Shown here in pieces: positions 35,939 to 45,210 of a stretch of 46,362 bases of DNA (within the stretch, counting starts at the first letter, position 1; each line of letters starts with the position of its first letter). Source of the DNA: a virus (taxonomy: Duplodnaviria; Caudoviricetes). Where the stretch lies: positions 1 to 46,362 of IMG/VR virus record IMGVR_UViG_3300037722_001735; one strand, given 5' to 3'. Under the pieces are notes generated by a model, which did no database searches, was not told the DNA's origin, and saw only the letters and a list, made by a program, of their open reading frames with translations. The position numbers were made by a program, and so were the translations under genes.

Positions 35939-36315
35939 GCAAGTCGATTCTCGACGCCGCGTCGCGCGCCGATCTCGTCATCAACACAAAGGCGGGCCGC
36001 GCCTTCCCGTTCGTATTCGAAGACGAGAACGGCGATGCGGTCGACTTCACCGGATCGACCTTCCGCCTGCAGGTGAAGGCGTGGAACGGAAATGCCGCGA
36101 CCGGCAGCGCCCTACTTACGCTCACGACCGGCGATGGCATTGAGGGCGACGTTGCGGACGGCGAGTGCCAGCCGGTATTTCCGCCGGCGGCCGACGAGGG
36201 ACTCGCCGTCGGGCAATATGTCTATGACATCATGCGGCTGGAAAGCGGCGAGCCGGTCGAGACCGTGCAGGTCGGTCTGATCGATGCCGTTGACGGCGTG
36301 ACGGAGGAAGCATGA
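35935..36315 (+). CDS. Acidic tail-associated Ig/BppU-like protein
   Basis: VDFTGSTFRLQVK, GQYVYDI. Confidence 0.55.
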   Translation: MSKSILDAASRADLVINTKAGRAFPFVFEDENGDAVDFTGSTFRLQVKAWNGNAATGSALLTLTTGDGIEGDVADGECQPVFPPAADEGLAVGQYVYDIMRLESGEPVETVQVGLIDAVDGVTEEA

Positions 36316-36321
36316 TGCGCG

Positions 36322-36384
36322 CTCGCCGCTTCGCTGACCGCTCGCGGCTCGTGTTAGCGAATGGCCCAAGGGCCAAGCGCGAAC
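36322..36384 (+). ncRNA. Two-hairpin structured element, copy D
   Basis: CTC-GCCGC/14-nt loop/GCGGC-TCGT-GTTAGCG-AA-TGGCC/caag/GGCCA-AG-CGCGAAC. Confidence 0.5.
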
Positions 36385-36403
36385 TGATCATGGAGTCCCT
36401 GCC

Positions 36404-37390
36404 ATGAATGCCCCGATCATCATCAAACGCGATCGGTCGATCAGCGTCGTCAGCCAGCGCGGCCCGGTGCGGGTCGTGGTCGGCTCGCCCGGCCCGCGCG
36501 GGCGCACCGGCGAGGGGCTCGGCTATGACGAGGAAGGCACGTTCGCCGGTCGCGACGCGTTCGACGACGAGGCCGAGGGTTTCAAATACGCTTCGACGGA
36601 CGGCGACGGCGACACGATCACGACGACGGTCGTGTTTCGCAAGAATTCCGCATCGAGCGCCGACTGGGGTGAAGCCGTGCCGCTGCAGAGCACGGTGCCG
36701 GGTCCGGCGGGCGATCCCGCCGTCGTCACCGGCACCAGCACGACTTCGCTTGCGGTCGGTACAGGCGAGAAGGTCTTTACGACGCAGGCGGGGATTCAAT
36801 GGGCTACGGGGCAGCGGCTGCGCGCGGCTTCTGCGGCAGACGTTACAAACTTCATGGAGGGCACGGCTTCCTATTCGGGGACCACTCTCACCCTCAATGT
36901 CACGCTCACTGGAGGCTCCGGCACGCTCGACGACTGGAACATCGGAATTGCGGGTCAGCCGGGGCAGGCCGGCAGTGCCGGCGTTTCCGGCACGAGCCGC
37001 GCCACAACCGTGCGGGTACTCGACAGTGGCGCGACCGACCCTGACACGGATTACGAGGCGGGCGATACAATCGATGGCGTCGTGCTGGTGCAGAACGATC
37101 TCATTCTGCGCGCTTCCGCGACCGACCCGGAATTGAACGGCATCTATGTTGCGTCGGCGGCGGGGGCGGCCCCCCGCCATGACGACTTCGGCACGTTCAA
37201 TGACCACCCCGGAACGCTCGTCACAGTGCAGGAGGGCACTGCCAATGCCGACACGCAATGGATGTGTACATCTGACATGGGAGGCACGATCGACAACGAT
37301 CCGCTCGAATTCAGTGAATTCGAGGGCGGCGGCGCGGGCGGCGACTCGGCCCTCAGTCCCGACGTTATGCTCACCGCGATGATGTTTTAG
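36404..37390 (+). CDS. Tail fibre-like protein
   Basis: G/T/A-rich, short collagen-like GxP triplets, TIDGVVL...NGIYV motif. Confidence 0.65.
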   Translation: MNAPIIIKRDRSISVVSQRGPVRVVVGSPGPRGRTGEGLGYDEEGTFAGRDAFDDEAEGFKYASTDGDGDTITTTVVFRKNSASSADWGEAVPLQSTVPGPAGDPAVVTGTSTTSLAVGTGEKVFTTQAGIQWATGQRLRAASAADVTNFMEGTASYSGTTLTLNVTLTGGSGTLDDWNIGIAGQPGQAGSAGVSGTSRATTVRVLDSGATDPDTDYEAGDTIDGVVLVQNDLILRASATDPELNGIYVASAAGAAPRHDDFGTFNDHPGTLVTVQEGTANADTQWMCTSDMGGTIDNDPLEFSEFEGGGAGGDSALSPDVMLTAMMF

Positions 37391-37401
37391 GAGCGATCTC
37401 A

Positions 37402-37719
37402 ATGGGAATGAAATTCAAGGCGGCGTTCGACCTCGCCGCCGATACGCCGACGCTCGTCTATACCGGAGGGGCAAGCAAGGAAGCGGTCGTGATCGTTAAT
37501 GTCTGCGCGCGCACGCAGCCCGCGAACGTGAGGGTTGCATCGACGCATGATGCCGCGCCTACCGACGCTGACTGGATCGAGTTCGACGTGCCCCTCGTGG
37601 TCGGCGGCGCGCCGTTGCTGCGCGAGGGAATCCCGTGCGCGGCAGACGACCGGATCTATGTGCAGGCGTCGGAGACCGGTGTTTCCGTCGTCGTCTGGGA
37701 CAATGACAAGTCCGTCTGA
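37402..37719 (+). CDS. Hypothetical tail-associated protein
   Basis: AGGAG RBS; beta-rich 105 aa. Confidence 0.55.
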   Translation: MGMKFKAAFDLAADTPTLVYTGGASKEAVVIVNVCARTQPANVRVASTHDAAPTDADWIEFDVPLVVGGAPLLREGIPCAADDRIYVQASETGVSVVVWDNDKSV

Positions 37720-39302
37720 TGCGCACTGCTCCGAAGCGCAGTGCGCTGGCCCGGATCGTGGCGACCGTCGCCCCCGGACGCGGCGTCGTGTCGAACGGCG
37801 AGCTGACCTTCGACTGCCGGAACGGCGCCAAGACGTACTTTGAGCACCGGCTGACCGGCAATGCGGAGTTGCAGGCGTTCCTGAACGCTCCGGTCGGCCG
37901 AACAATCGAACTGTTGGTCGACCCGAACGGCCACACGCTGACGTGCGCCAGTGATGCCTTCGAGGGTCCGGGCAACAGCCTTCCTTCGATCACCGACTCG
38001 CCGACGATGTGGGCGGTCAAGGTTGCGAGCGGCCCGCGGCACCTGGTCCACGTCGCGGGCAGTTACCCGCCGCCGCCGCCTGTGCCCTTCGACTTGTGGA
38101 TCGGCGATCCGTCAGCGGACGGGATCATCGCGAACGTGCGCTTCGGCGGCGAGGAATCCGCCGTCCGGCTCGCGGTCAGCACGACGCCCGGCTTCGAGAG
38201 CCCGAGCTATTCCTCTTCGGTGGAGACGGACGACCGCTGCGCCATGCTGGAGGTCTCCGGCATGGACCCGGATACGCTCTACTACTGCCGGGTCGATGTC
38301 GACAGCGTGTTGCAGGACGCGGTGACGGGGAAATTCCGCACGCTGCCGTCCGGAGAGTCGGTCTCATTCACATTCGCCGTGGCGGGCGATTGCCGCGCGG
38401 TGTCGGACAGCAACGTCTTCGACCGAATCCGCACGTCGGGCGCGGCGTTCTTCGTGTTGCACGGCGACATCCATTACGAGGACTATAACGGCACCGATCT
38501 CGCGACGCGCATGGCGCTGTGGGACACGGTCTATCAGGGATCGGAGGGACGCTCCCTGCTGATGCGGGAAATGCCGTTCCTCTATATGTGGGACGATCAC
38601 GACTTCTGCGGCGACAACAGCGACGGCAGCGACGCGGGCCGCGACGTCGCCTGCACTGCGTTCCACCGCCGCGTGCCCATCGCGATCGAGCTCGAGAGCG
38701 ATACCGACCCGGTCTACTGGTCGAAGAAGATCGGCCGCGTGGTGCTGGTCGCAACGGACCTTCGAAGCGAGCGGTCGCAGAACGGCGACACGGACAACTC
38801 CTCCAAGTCGATGATGGGGGAGACGCAGAAGAACTGGTTCAAGGCCATCCTCTCCGACGAGGCAAACGACGACTGCCTGTTCATCTGGCTCAACACGATT
38901 CCATGGAACGCGACGTCCGGCGAGGACCGCTGGAATTCGTTCTCGACCGAGCGCACCGAGATTGCGAACTTCATCAAGGCGAACTGCCCCGGCCGGGTGC
39001 TGGTGATCTGCGCGGACCGCCACGGCGTCGGCATCGACGACGGCACGAACGGCGACTTCGCGACGGGCGGCGGCGGCGCGACGCCGATCATGCTCGCGGG
39101 GCCGCTCGACCAGGCGCTGCATGGTGCGGTCGGCAGTTACTCGGAAGGCTGGTTCAATTCGCACAACGGGCAGTTCGGCATCATCGAGATCGATGACGAG
39201 GGCGGCGCGACGATCGACGTGACGCTGACCGGCTACCGCGTGAGCGGCGCGGGCATCGCGCAGCTCGTCGAGTATTCATTCCAGGTTTCCGTGGGAGCAT
39301 GA
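37719..39302 (+). CDS. PhoD-like metallophosphatase with a tail-type N-terminal module
   Basis: PDTLYYCRV (Fn3-like), HGDIHYED, WDDHDF, DLRSER, DRW, ADRH; no signal peptide. Confidence 0.8.
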   Translation: MRTAPKRSALARIVATVAPGRGVVSNGELTFDCRNGAKTYFEHRLTGNAELQAFLNAPVGRTIELLVDPNGHTLTCASDAFEGPGNSLPSITDSPTMWAVKVASGPRHLVHVAGSYPPPPPVPFDLWIGDPSADGIIANVRFGGEESAVRLAVSTTPGFESPSYSSSVETDDRCAMLEVSGMDPDTLYYCRVDVDSVLQDAVTGKFRTLPSGESVSFTFAVAGDCRAVSDSNVFDRIRTSGAAFFVLHGDIHYEDYNGTDLATRMALWDTVYQGSEGRSLLMREMPFLYMWDDHDFCGDNSDGSDAGRDVACTAFHRRVPIAIELESDTDPVYWSKKIGRVVLVATDLRSERSQNGDTDNSSKSMMGETQKNWFKAILSDEANDDCLFIWLNTIPWNATSGEDRWNSFSTERTEIANFIKANCPGRVLVICADRHGVGIDDGTNGDFATGGGGATPIMLAGPLDQALHGAVGSYSEGWFNSHNGQFGIIEIDDEGGATIDVTLTGYRVSGAGIAQLVEYSFQVSVGA

Positions 39303-39303
39303 C

Positions 39304-39684
39304 ATGAGGACAGGTCCTAACGACGCGTTCGATCCGATCGCGTTGATATCCGATATGACGGACCCCAATCTCGCAGGCGTGGAAGCGGGAGGTGATCTGA
39401 CGTTCGACAGCCAGAGCGGCGCGAAGACCTATTGGGAACACACGCTGGGCGACGACGCCGCGCTGCAGGCGATCGAGAACGTTCCTGTCGGGTTCACCGT
39501 GGAGGCGCTGGTCGACCCGAACGGACACACGCTTAGCGTTGACTCTGCGGCCTTCGAACTGGCCGACAATGGCGATGTCGGCGCGCTCGCCTTTACGGAC
39601 GAGGTGCTGCTTGTCGTAAAGCGGACGAGCGCGGGGCGGCAGCTCTTGCACGTCGCCGGCGAGAACTATGGAAACGGCGCATGA
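39304..39684 (+). CDS. Stand-alone paralog of the PhoD protein's N-terminal module
   Basis: GDLTFDSQSGAKTYWEH...LVDPNGHTL...LLHVAG matches GELTFDCRNGAKTYFEH...LVDPNGHTL...LVHVAG. Confidence 0.7.
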   Translation: MRTGPNDAFDPIALISDMTDPNLAGVEAGGDLTFDSQSGAKTYWEHTLGDDAALQAIENVPVGFTVEALVDPNGHTLSVDSAAFELADNGDVGALAFTDEVLLVVKRTSAGRQLLHVAGENYGNGA

Positions 39685-40613
39685 TCTTCGATCCAATTTC
39701 CGGACTCTGGCTGCCGGAAAAGCCGCGCATCGAGCGCCCCGCGCCGTTCAACAAGCGCAAGGTGCCATTCGTGATCGGGGCGATCCCCGGCGCTGGCTCC
39801 GTGCTGAAGGCCGTCGGCGCGCCGGCACCGGGTGCGGAGGCGAATTTCTTCAATCTCGCAGTTGCCGCCGGCCTCGGCACCGGCCTGAAGCTCTGTCACG
39901 ACATCGGATCGGCAGCCTGCTATCCCGGCACTGGACAGATTGTCACCGACCTCACGGGGGTGACGGCCGATTTCTTTCTAGGCACGACGAACGGCGCCGA
40001 GGCCTCGGACCCGACACCCACCGGGACGCCCGGTGCGCTCACCAGCGGCGAGTACATGGCGCTCGACGGAGGCGACGTCCTGACGCTCGGCGCGGCCAAC
40101 CCGGCGCACATTCAGAATCTTCACAAGGACGGTGCTCTTTTCACCTTCGCGGCGTGGGTCTATCTCGGTTCGCTTGCTGGCGTCTCGGTGTTCGGAACGA
40201 ACGGCGGCAACGCGACGTCGGGTACTGGCGTCCACTTGGCGCTGACGAGCCCCGGCGCGCTCAATGCAAGATGCGTCGGGTCCGGCACGACAGAACTCGA
40301 CGTGGCAACGGCGGGCAGCTTCTACGCTGCAACAGCTTGGCAACTCATGGTCCTGTCGATCGACGAGGCGGCGGGCGGCACCGCAAGCTTCATGGGCGTG
40401 AACGGCGTCTATCATGCGTTCGACGGAACCTATGCGAGCCCCGTTGCCGGTGACGCTTCGTTCGCGATGCAGATTTCCGGTCGAGGCAACAGCAACCAGC
40501 CACTACCGTCAGGCTCTCGCTATGCGGGTGGATGGCTGTGGGAAGGTGTTGCACTCAGCCAGGCGAATGCGACGACGTTGTTCAATGCTACGAAGGGACG
40601 GTTCGGTCTATGA
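39681..40613 (+). CDS. LamG/ConA-like lectin-domain tail protein
   Basis: FTFAAWVY, WQLMVLSID, ALSQAN pattern; G/T/A-rich. Confidence 0.6.
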   Translation: MIFDPISGLWLPEKPRIERPAPFNKRKVPFVIGAIPGAGSVLKAVGAPAPGAEANFFNLAVAAGLGTGLKLCHDIGSAACYPGTGQIVTDLTGVTADFFLGTTNGAEASDPTPTGTPGALTSGEYMALDGGDVLTLGAANPAHIQNLHKDGALFTFAAWVYLGSLAGVSVFGTNGGNATSGTGVHLALTSPGALNARCVGSGTTELDVATAGSFYAATAWQLMVLSIDEAAGGTASFMGVNGVYHAFDGTYASPVAGDASFAMQISGRGNSNQPLPSGSRYAGGWLWEGVALSQANATTLFNATKGRFGL

Positions 40614-41390
40614 CGCTGCGCGTAGCGCCTCGTCGCGCTCGCGGTGGACCGTGGCAATAATCGCGTCGCATTCCGACTGGTCGAGCCGGGAAATGTCTCC
40701 GTCGAGCGGCTTTGTGCCGAACAGCGTGGAATTGATCTGAAAATTTGGAGCAAATAGACCGAGTTCGATCATGTAGTTCGTGAGGCGGAAAGCGACTGGC
40801 ATCTTTGCCCCGCCCGTAGGATGGCGCTCGGTCACAGGTTTGAAGCGGCTGACATCGTTCTTGTAGTCGTCGATCACGATATGCCCGCCGGGGACAACCA
40901 TATTCCAGAAGGCGCGGAAGTCGCGATCAATGCGCCCGTCCGCGTCAAGGACTAAAGCTGAAATAAGTTTTGTCCGGATGAGCGCCTTCAACTGGTCAAC
41001 GGTTTCGGGCGTGACATGGTGCGGGAACAGTTCGATCTGGGCTTCTACATCGAATGCACTGACGTTGCGGCGGAAAATATCGAGGTTGGTTTCGTAGCTG
41101 TTGCCGCTGCGTGAGCCGCCCTGCAACTTCTCGACCACGATCACGCGGGAGGACTTGCCGGACTCTTTCAGGCCGAGTGCGGCCGCGATTGAAGCGGCGC
41201 CCGCCGCGCCGCCGATCTCGACAATATCGAGGTCCGGGCCGCGAAAGGCCGTGTGATAAATTTTTTCATAGACGGCGGGCGGTAGCATGCCGAAGGCGCG
41301 CGTCTTCAGATCTTTCCAGCGCGGATTGGAAGAGTCCGGAACTCTCTTCGGCTTCGGACGCTTCAGCCCGAGCAGCGTGCGCAGTCCCAT
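40608..41390 (-). CDS. Class I SAM methyltransferase moron
   Basis: VEIGGAAGAAS, LVLDADG, PGGHIVIDDY; antisense, visibly lower GC. Confidence 0.75.
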   Translation of the reverse strand: MGLRTLLGLKRPKPKRVPDSSNPRWKDLKTRAFGMLPPAVYEKIYHTAFRGPDLDIVEIGGAAGAASIAAALGLKESGKSSRVIVVEKLQGGSRSGNSYETNLDIFRRNVSAFDVEAQIELFPHHVTPETVDQLKALIRTKLISALVLDADGRIDRDFRAFWNMVVPGGHIVIDDYKNDVSRFKPVTERHPTGGAKMPVAFRLTNYMIELGLFAPNFQINSTLFGTKPLDGDISRLDQSECDAIIATVHRERDEALRAAS

Positions 41391-41484
41391 TCTTATTCCT
41401 CCCGCCCGCAATCCTACCCCCTGACGGCACGGGCGCAACCCGCCCTGAATAACCAAGCCTTTCCAACAGCAAACGAGGTGTCCC

Positions 41485-42081
41485 ATGCGCCGAGCGATCG
41501 GAGCCTTCGCCCTTCTATGCCTGTCCGTCCTGTTCTTTCCGTCGCCGCTCTCGGCGTTGGAATCCGCCGACTGCATACGGAAAATGACGCCGAACGGCAT
41601 GGCCTGCGTCTCGCCGCGGGCGGTGACTCCGCAGGCGCGTTTCGGTGCCTATACCAAGGCGCCGAAACAGAAGGCGCGTGCTGCGCGCGCGCAGGTGTCG
41701 CCAGCGCCGATGTTTTCGTTCGGCGGTTTCGGCGGCGGCTCGGTCGTCGCGACGATGCAGCGTTACGAGGGGCGCAACCCGACCGGCTGGAAATATCGAT
41801 GGTGCGCGGAAATGCTGAACCGCGCGCTCAAGGAGGCGGGCTATTCCGGCACGGGCTCTGCCGCCGCCTGGTCGTTCCGAAATTACGGCAAGGCGGCGCC
41901 CGCGGGAGCGGTCGGCTCGATCGGCGTGATGCGCAGTCATGTCGGCGTCGTCACCGGGCGTTGTGCCAATGGGCGCATCGAAATGGTTTCCGGCAATTCG
42001 GGCGGGCGTAAGGGCGCGCGTACAGTCGCGACCGGATGCTACTCGCCGGGCAGGATCGCGGCTTATCGCTGGCCGGTGTGA
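41485..42081 (+). CDS. Secreted CHAP/NlpC-like (TIGR02594-like) cell-wall hydrolase
   Basis: Signal peptide; WCAEMLN, SHVGVV, SGN. Confidence 0.7.
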   Translation: MRRAIGAFALLCLSVLFFPSPLSALESADCIRKMTPNGMACVSPRAVTPQARFGAYTKAPKQKARAARAQVSPAPMFSFGGFGGGSVVATMQRYEGRNPTGWKYRWCAEMLNRALKEAGYSGTGSAAAWSFRNYGKAAPAGAVGSIGVMRSHVGVVTGRCANGRIEMVSGNSGGRKGARTVATGCYSPGRIAAYRWPV

Positions 42082-42082
42082 C

Positions 42083-42406
42083 GTGGCGAAGCGCAACGCG
42101 GTTGCCGTCCATTGCCCCGGCGAAACTATCGGCAGCATGTGGAACGGCGCGCCAGCCGGGCATTTCATCTGGCTCGTTGCGAGCGACGGCACAAAGCGCG
42201 GGATCAATTACGGGTGCCCGTGCGGTTGCGGTGTCACGCGCGCTTTCAACTTCAACATTCCCGGCGCGCATCAATGGGACGGCAACGAGGAGAAGCCGTC
42301 GATTACGCCGTCGCTCGGTATTTATCCAAAGGACGGCCGCTCTCAAGACGGGAGCGGATATCACTGGCACGGCTATCTGCGCAACGGCGTCTTCCAGGAG
42401 TGCTGA
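42083..42406 (+). CDS. DUF6527-like Cys/His protein
   Basis: CPCGCG, WDGNEEKPSITPS, HGYLRNG. Confidence 0.7.
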   Translation: MAKRNAVAVHCPGETIGSMWNGAPAGHFIWLVASDGTKRGINYGCPCGCGVTRAFNFNIPGAHQWDGNEEKPSITPSLGIYPKDGRSQDGSGYHWHGYLRNGVFQEC

Positions 42407-42407
42407 C

Positions 42408-42524
42408 ATGCAGATTCATTGGTGCACGCGCTGCGGTTTTATCAGCCACTACACGGTGCAGAGTTGCATGGGGTGCGGTGCAATCATCGGAGCGTTTGTC
42501 CGCCGCCTGCGGAAACTTCGATGA
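42408..42524 (+). CDS. Small zinc-ribbon peptide (38 aa)
   Basis: CTRC...CMGC; AGGAG RBS; ATGA-coupled. Confidence 0.4.
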   Translation: MQIHWCTRCGFISHYTVQSCMGCGAIIGAFVRRLRKLR

Positions 42525-42730
42525 CCGACGACCTTCAACGCCGCGTGCAAGCCGCGCGCAACGTCTTCACGCCCGAGCTCGAGCACGAGCTGAAGCGCGG
42601 ACGCGAATCCGGTCGCGGCTTCCTGCGCGACGTCGGCTGGGGCTGGGTGGTGATCGTATTTGCCGCGCTGCTCGTTGCGTTCGTCTTCACGGGCAAGGCG
42701 CTCGTGGGCGAAATTCCTTACAACAAATGA
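42521..42730 (+). CDS. Single-TM membrane protein (holin/antiholin candidate)
   Basis: Hydrophobic WVVIVFAALLVAFVF; immediately upstream of the endolysin. Confidence 0.5.
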   Translation: MTDDLQRRVQAARNVFTPELEHELKRGRESGRGFLRDVGWGWVVIVFAALLVAFVFTGKALVGEIPYNK

Positions 42731-42740
42731 CGGGTGATTC

Positions 42741-44102
42741 ATGAACCGCGAAGTATTCTTCGCTGAAATCCGGCGCTCGTTGTTTCGCAATGGGCTATCG
42801 CAAGAGCAGGTGCGCAGCATCGAAGAGATCCTGGCCGCCTGCGACCACTTCAAGGTGACGGATCGCCGCCAACGCGCGTGCGTGCTCGCGAACTGTTATT
42901 GGGAAACCGGGCCCGGCCGTCCGGAGTGCATGACACCGGTTCGGGAAGGATGGACGAAGTCGAACGAAAGCGCGATCCGGGCCGTGACGGGTCTGTTCGA
43001 CCGGCGCGCGATCCGCACGAACTATGCGCTGCCGGCGCCGAACGGTTGCAGCTACTACGGCCGCGGCTTCATTCAAATCACGTGGCCCGACAATTATCAG
43101 GAGCTCGGCAAGCGCCTCGGCGTCCCGCTCTATGACGATCCCGACCGCGCACTCGAACCGAACACCGCGGCCGACATTGCCGTGCTCGGCATGCGCGACG
43201 GTTTATTCCGCAAAGGGCATACGCTCGAACGGTACTTCGGCGGCGGCCGCGCGGAGTGGATCGCCTCGCGCGAGATCGTCAATGGCGACAAGAACAAGGT
43301 TCCGAAAGGAACGACGAAGACCATCGGCCAGCTCGTCGCGTCCTACGGCATTGTCTTCGACAAGGCGCTCGAAGCAGCAGAGCGGGCGGACGAGCCGGTC
43401 CCCATGCCGGTGCCGCGCCCCGAAACGGTCGAACAAGGTGACGACGTGTACGATCCGCGTCTCCCGGATCCTTGGCTTGAGCATGGAGGCGGCGTTGACG
43501 TCGATCTGCGCGACGCACCGCTGCCGTTGCCGCAGTTCACCGACGACTTCCCGCTGCGTCTCGGCTCGCAAGGCCCGCGCGTGCGCGAGCTGCAGGAGAT
43601 GCTCACGCTGCGCGACTATCACTGCCGCGTCGACGGAGACCTCCCGGTCGGCGGCTTCGGCAAGCTCACGCTCGAAAAGGTCAACGCCTGGAAGTCCGAC
43701 AACGGCCTGCCGGTCGACGACGCCGGCACGGTCACGCGCGAGACCTTCGACCATGTCGGCCGGAGCAACATGCGGCCGTTCTCGAAGGAACGGCTCGAGA
43801 CGACGGTCGAGGATCTGCGGCGCGACGGCGACAAGCCGGTCGGGATCATCGATACGCTGAAAGCCCGCTTCATCTGGCTGCTCGGGATATTCGGCATCGG
43901 CGCGGCCGAGAACGAGACCGGCATCGTCGACCGGCTGACGACGGGGCGGGACAGCGGCCTCTTGCGCACGGCGCTTAATTTTATCGGCGCCAACCGCGGC
44001 ACGTTCATCATTGTCGGCGTCGCCTGCGTGGGCGTCTGGTACTTCACGCGCAGGATCGAACAGTCACGCGTCGAGGAAAAGCGTAGCGGAAAGGTCGTCT
44101 GA
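42741..44102 (+). CDS. Endolysin: GH19-like domain, peptidoglycan-binding domain and C-terminal hydrophobic segments
   Basis: WETG, YYGRGFIQITWPDNY, REIVNG; LRLGSQGPRVRELQEML. Confidence 0.85.
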   Translation: MNREVFFAEIRRSLFRNGLSQEQVRSIEEILAACDHFKVTDRRQRACVLANCYWETGPGRPECMTPVREGWTKSNESAIRAVTGLFDRRAIRTNYALPAPNGCSYYGRGFIQITWPDNYQELGKRLGVPLYDDPDRALEPNTAADIAVLGMRDGLFRKGHTLERYFGGGRAEWIASREIVNGDKNKVPKGTTKTIGQLVASYGIVFDKALEAAERADEPVPMPVPRPETVEQGDDVYDPRLPDPWLEHGGGVDVDLRDAPLPLPQFTDDFPLRLGSQGPRVRELQEMLTLRDYHCRVDGDLPVGGFGKLTLEKVNAWKSDNGLPVDDAGTVTRETFDHVGRSNMRPFSKERLETTVEDLRRDGDKPVGIIDTLKARFIWLLGIFGIGAAENETGIVDRLTTGRDSGLLRTALNFIGANRGTFIIVGVACVGVWYFTRRIEQSRVEEKRSGKVV

Positions 44103-44518
44103 TGATTGCGTTCATCATGGGCTTTGCCGGGCCGATGCTGCGCTCGCCCGTCATGCGGAACATCATTGTCGCCGGCGCGGTCGGTGTGGCGCTCCTTTTC
44201 ATCGCTGGGTTCGTCATCGCCTGGGACAATGGGCGGCTCCGTGCAGCCGACGCCGCGGGCTACGCGCGCGCCGCCGGCGAATGCCGTGAGAAGTCGCTTC
44301 AAGCCGAGAACGCGCAGCTCACTCTTGAAGTGAATTCGCTGAAATCGAGCGCGGCGAAGGCGACCGCTTCGCTGCGCGCCGCGTTGGCCGGAGCCGACCG
44401 CCTCAGAGTGGAGAATCAAACCTATGCCGATCAACTCGCCAAGGCGCCGAAGGCTGTTGGCTGCGCTGCTCCTGCCAGCGCTGCTGCTCACGATCGGCGG
44501 CTGCTCAACCGCCCCTGA
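44102..44518 (+). CDS. i-spanin (Rz-like)
   Basis: N-terminal TM plus coiled coil, after the endolysin. Confidence 0.7.
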   Translation: MIAFIMGFAGPMLRSPVMRNIIVAGAVGVALLFIAGFVIAWDNGRLRAADAAGYARAAGECREKSLQAENAQLTLEVNSLKSSAAKATASLRAALAGADRLRVENQTYADQLAKAPKAVGCAAPASAAAHDRRLLNRP

Positions 44519-44759
44519 CGATCCGTCGATCACCGTATCGGCGACCGGCGAAGCGCGGCCGGTCGCGATCGCGGAAGCGCCGCCGGTATGCGACGAGCCG
44601 GCGCAGACGCCGCCGCTGCGGCCTGGCGAGAACGTGCTGCGGCATCATTCCGACCTGCGCGCGGAATCGATCGAGCTGCGCGAGCGGCTCAAGGGATGCC
44701 GCGAGGAACGGGCGGCACTGCCGGAACTTTATCGCGGGACCGCCGCCGGCGTTCCGTGA
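44424..44759 (+). CDS. o-spanin lipoprotein (Rz1-like)
   Basis: Overlaps Rz in another frame; signal peptide with lipobox-like IGGC; Pro-rich. Confidence 0.7.
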   Translation: MPINSPRRRRLLAALLLPALLLTIGGCSTAPDDPSITVSATGEARPVAIAEAPPVCDEPAQTPPLRPGENVLRHHSDLRAESIELRERLKGCREERAALPELYRGTAAGVP

Positions 44760-44995
44760 TGTGGGAATTCCTGTTCGAGCACTGGCCCATCGTAGAACGT
44801 GCCGCGTCGGTCGCGGCGCTGCTCGAGGGAGGTGCGATCTACTGGCTCGTGCGCGAGCTGGGCCGCACGCGGTGCAAGTTCGAGGACTCCCAGGAGAAGC
44901 GCATCGTCGACGCCAAGAGCATCATCGAGGTGACGACGCAGAACACCGGCGCTCTCAATTCGCTGAAAGAACTGATCAAGGATCGGAGACGGTGA
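44759..44995 (+). CDS. Small membrane/coiled-coil protein
   Basis: TGATG-coupled, 78 aa. Confidence 0.5.
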   Translation: MWEFLFEHWPIVERAASVAALLEGGAIYWLVRELGRTRCKFEDSQEKRIVDAKSIIEVTTQNTGALNSLKELIKDRRR

Positions 44996-45210
44996 TGATC
45001 GAGACGATCATGCGCCTGCTCGGCCTCAACGGCATGGCGCGCAATCGCGAACAGAAGCGCCAGTCGCGCGAGCGGCTCGACGCGCAGGCAACGAAGGAAC
45101 TGCGCGTGGCGCTGGCACACAACAGGCGCGTCACGACCATTCTGGAGGATCTCGTGCAGGGGGCGCAGCGGCGGACACCCGCTCGGGCAAAGCGGCGGAG
45201 GGGAACATGA
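44995..45210 (+). CDS. Hypothetical protein
   Basis: TGATG-coupled, basic. Confidence 0.5.
   Translation: MIETIMRLLGLNGMARNREQKRQSRERLDAQATKELRVALAHNRRVTTILEDLVQGAQRRTPARAKRRRGT

Noticed and set aside
627-36384. Dispersed repeats or VR/TR copies as a CRISPR array
   Set aside because: No regular repeat-spacer periodicity and no cas genes
34843-40613. Remote DGR targets in the fibre genes
   Set aside because: No TR-like sequence or IMH/hairpin seen by eye at their 3' ends; a BLASTN of TR against the whole genome is still needed
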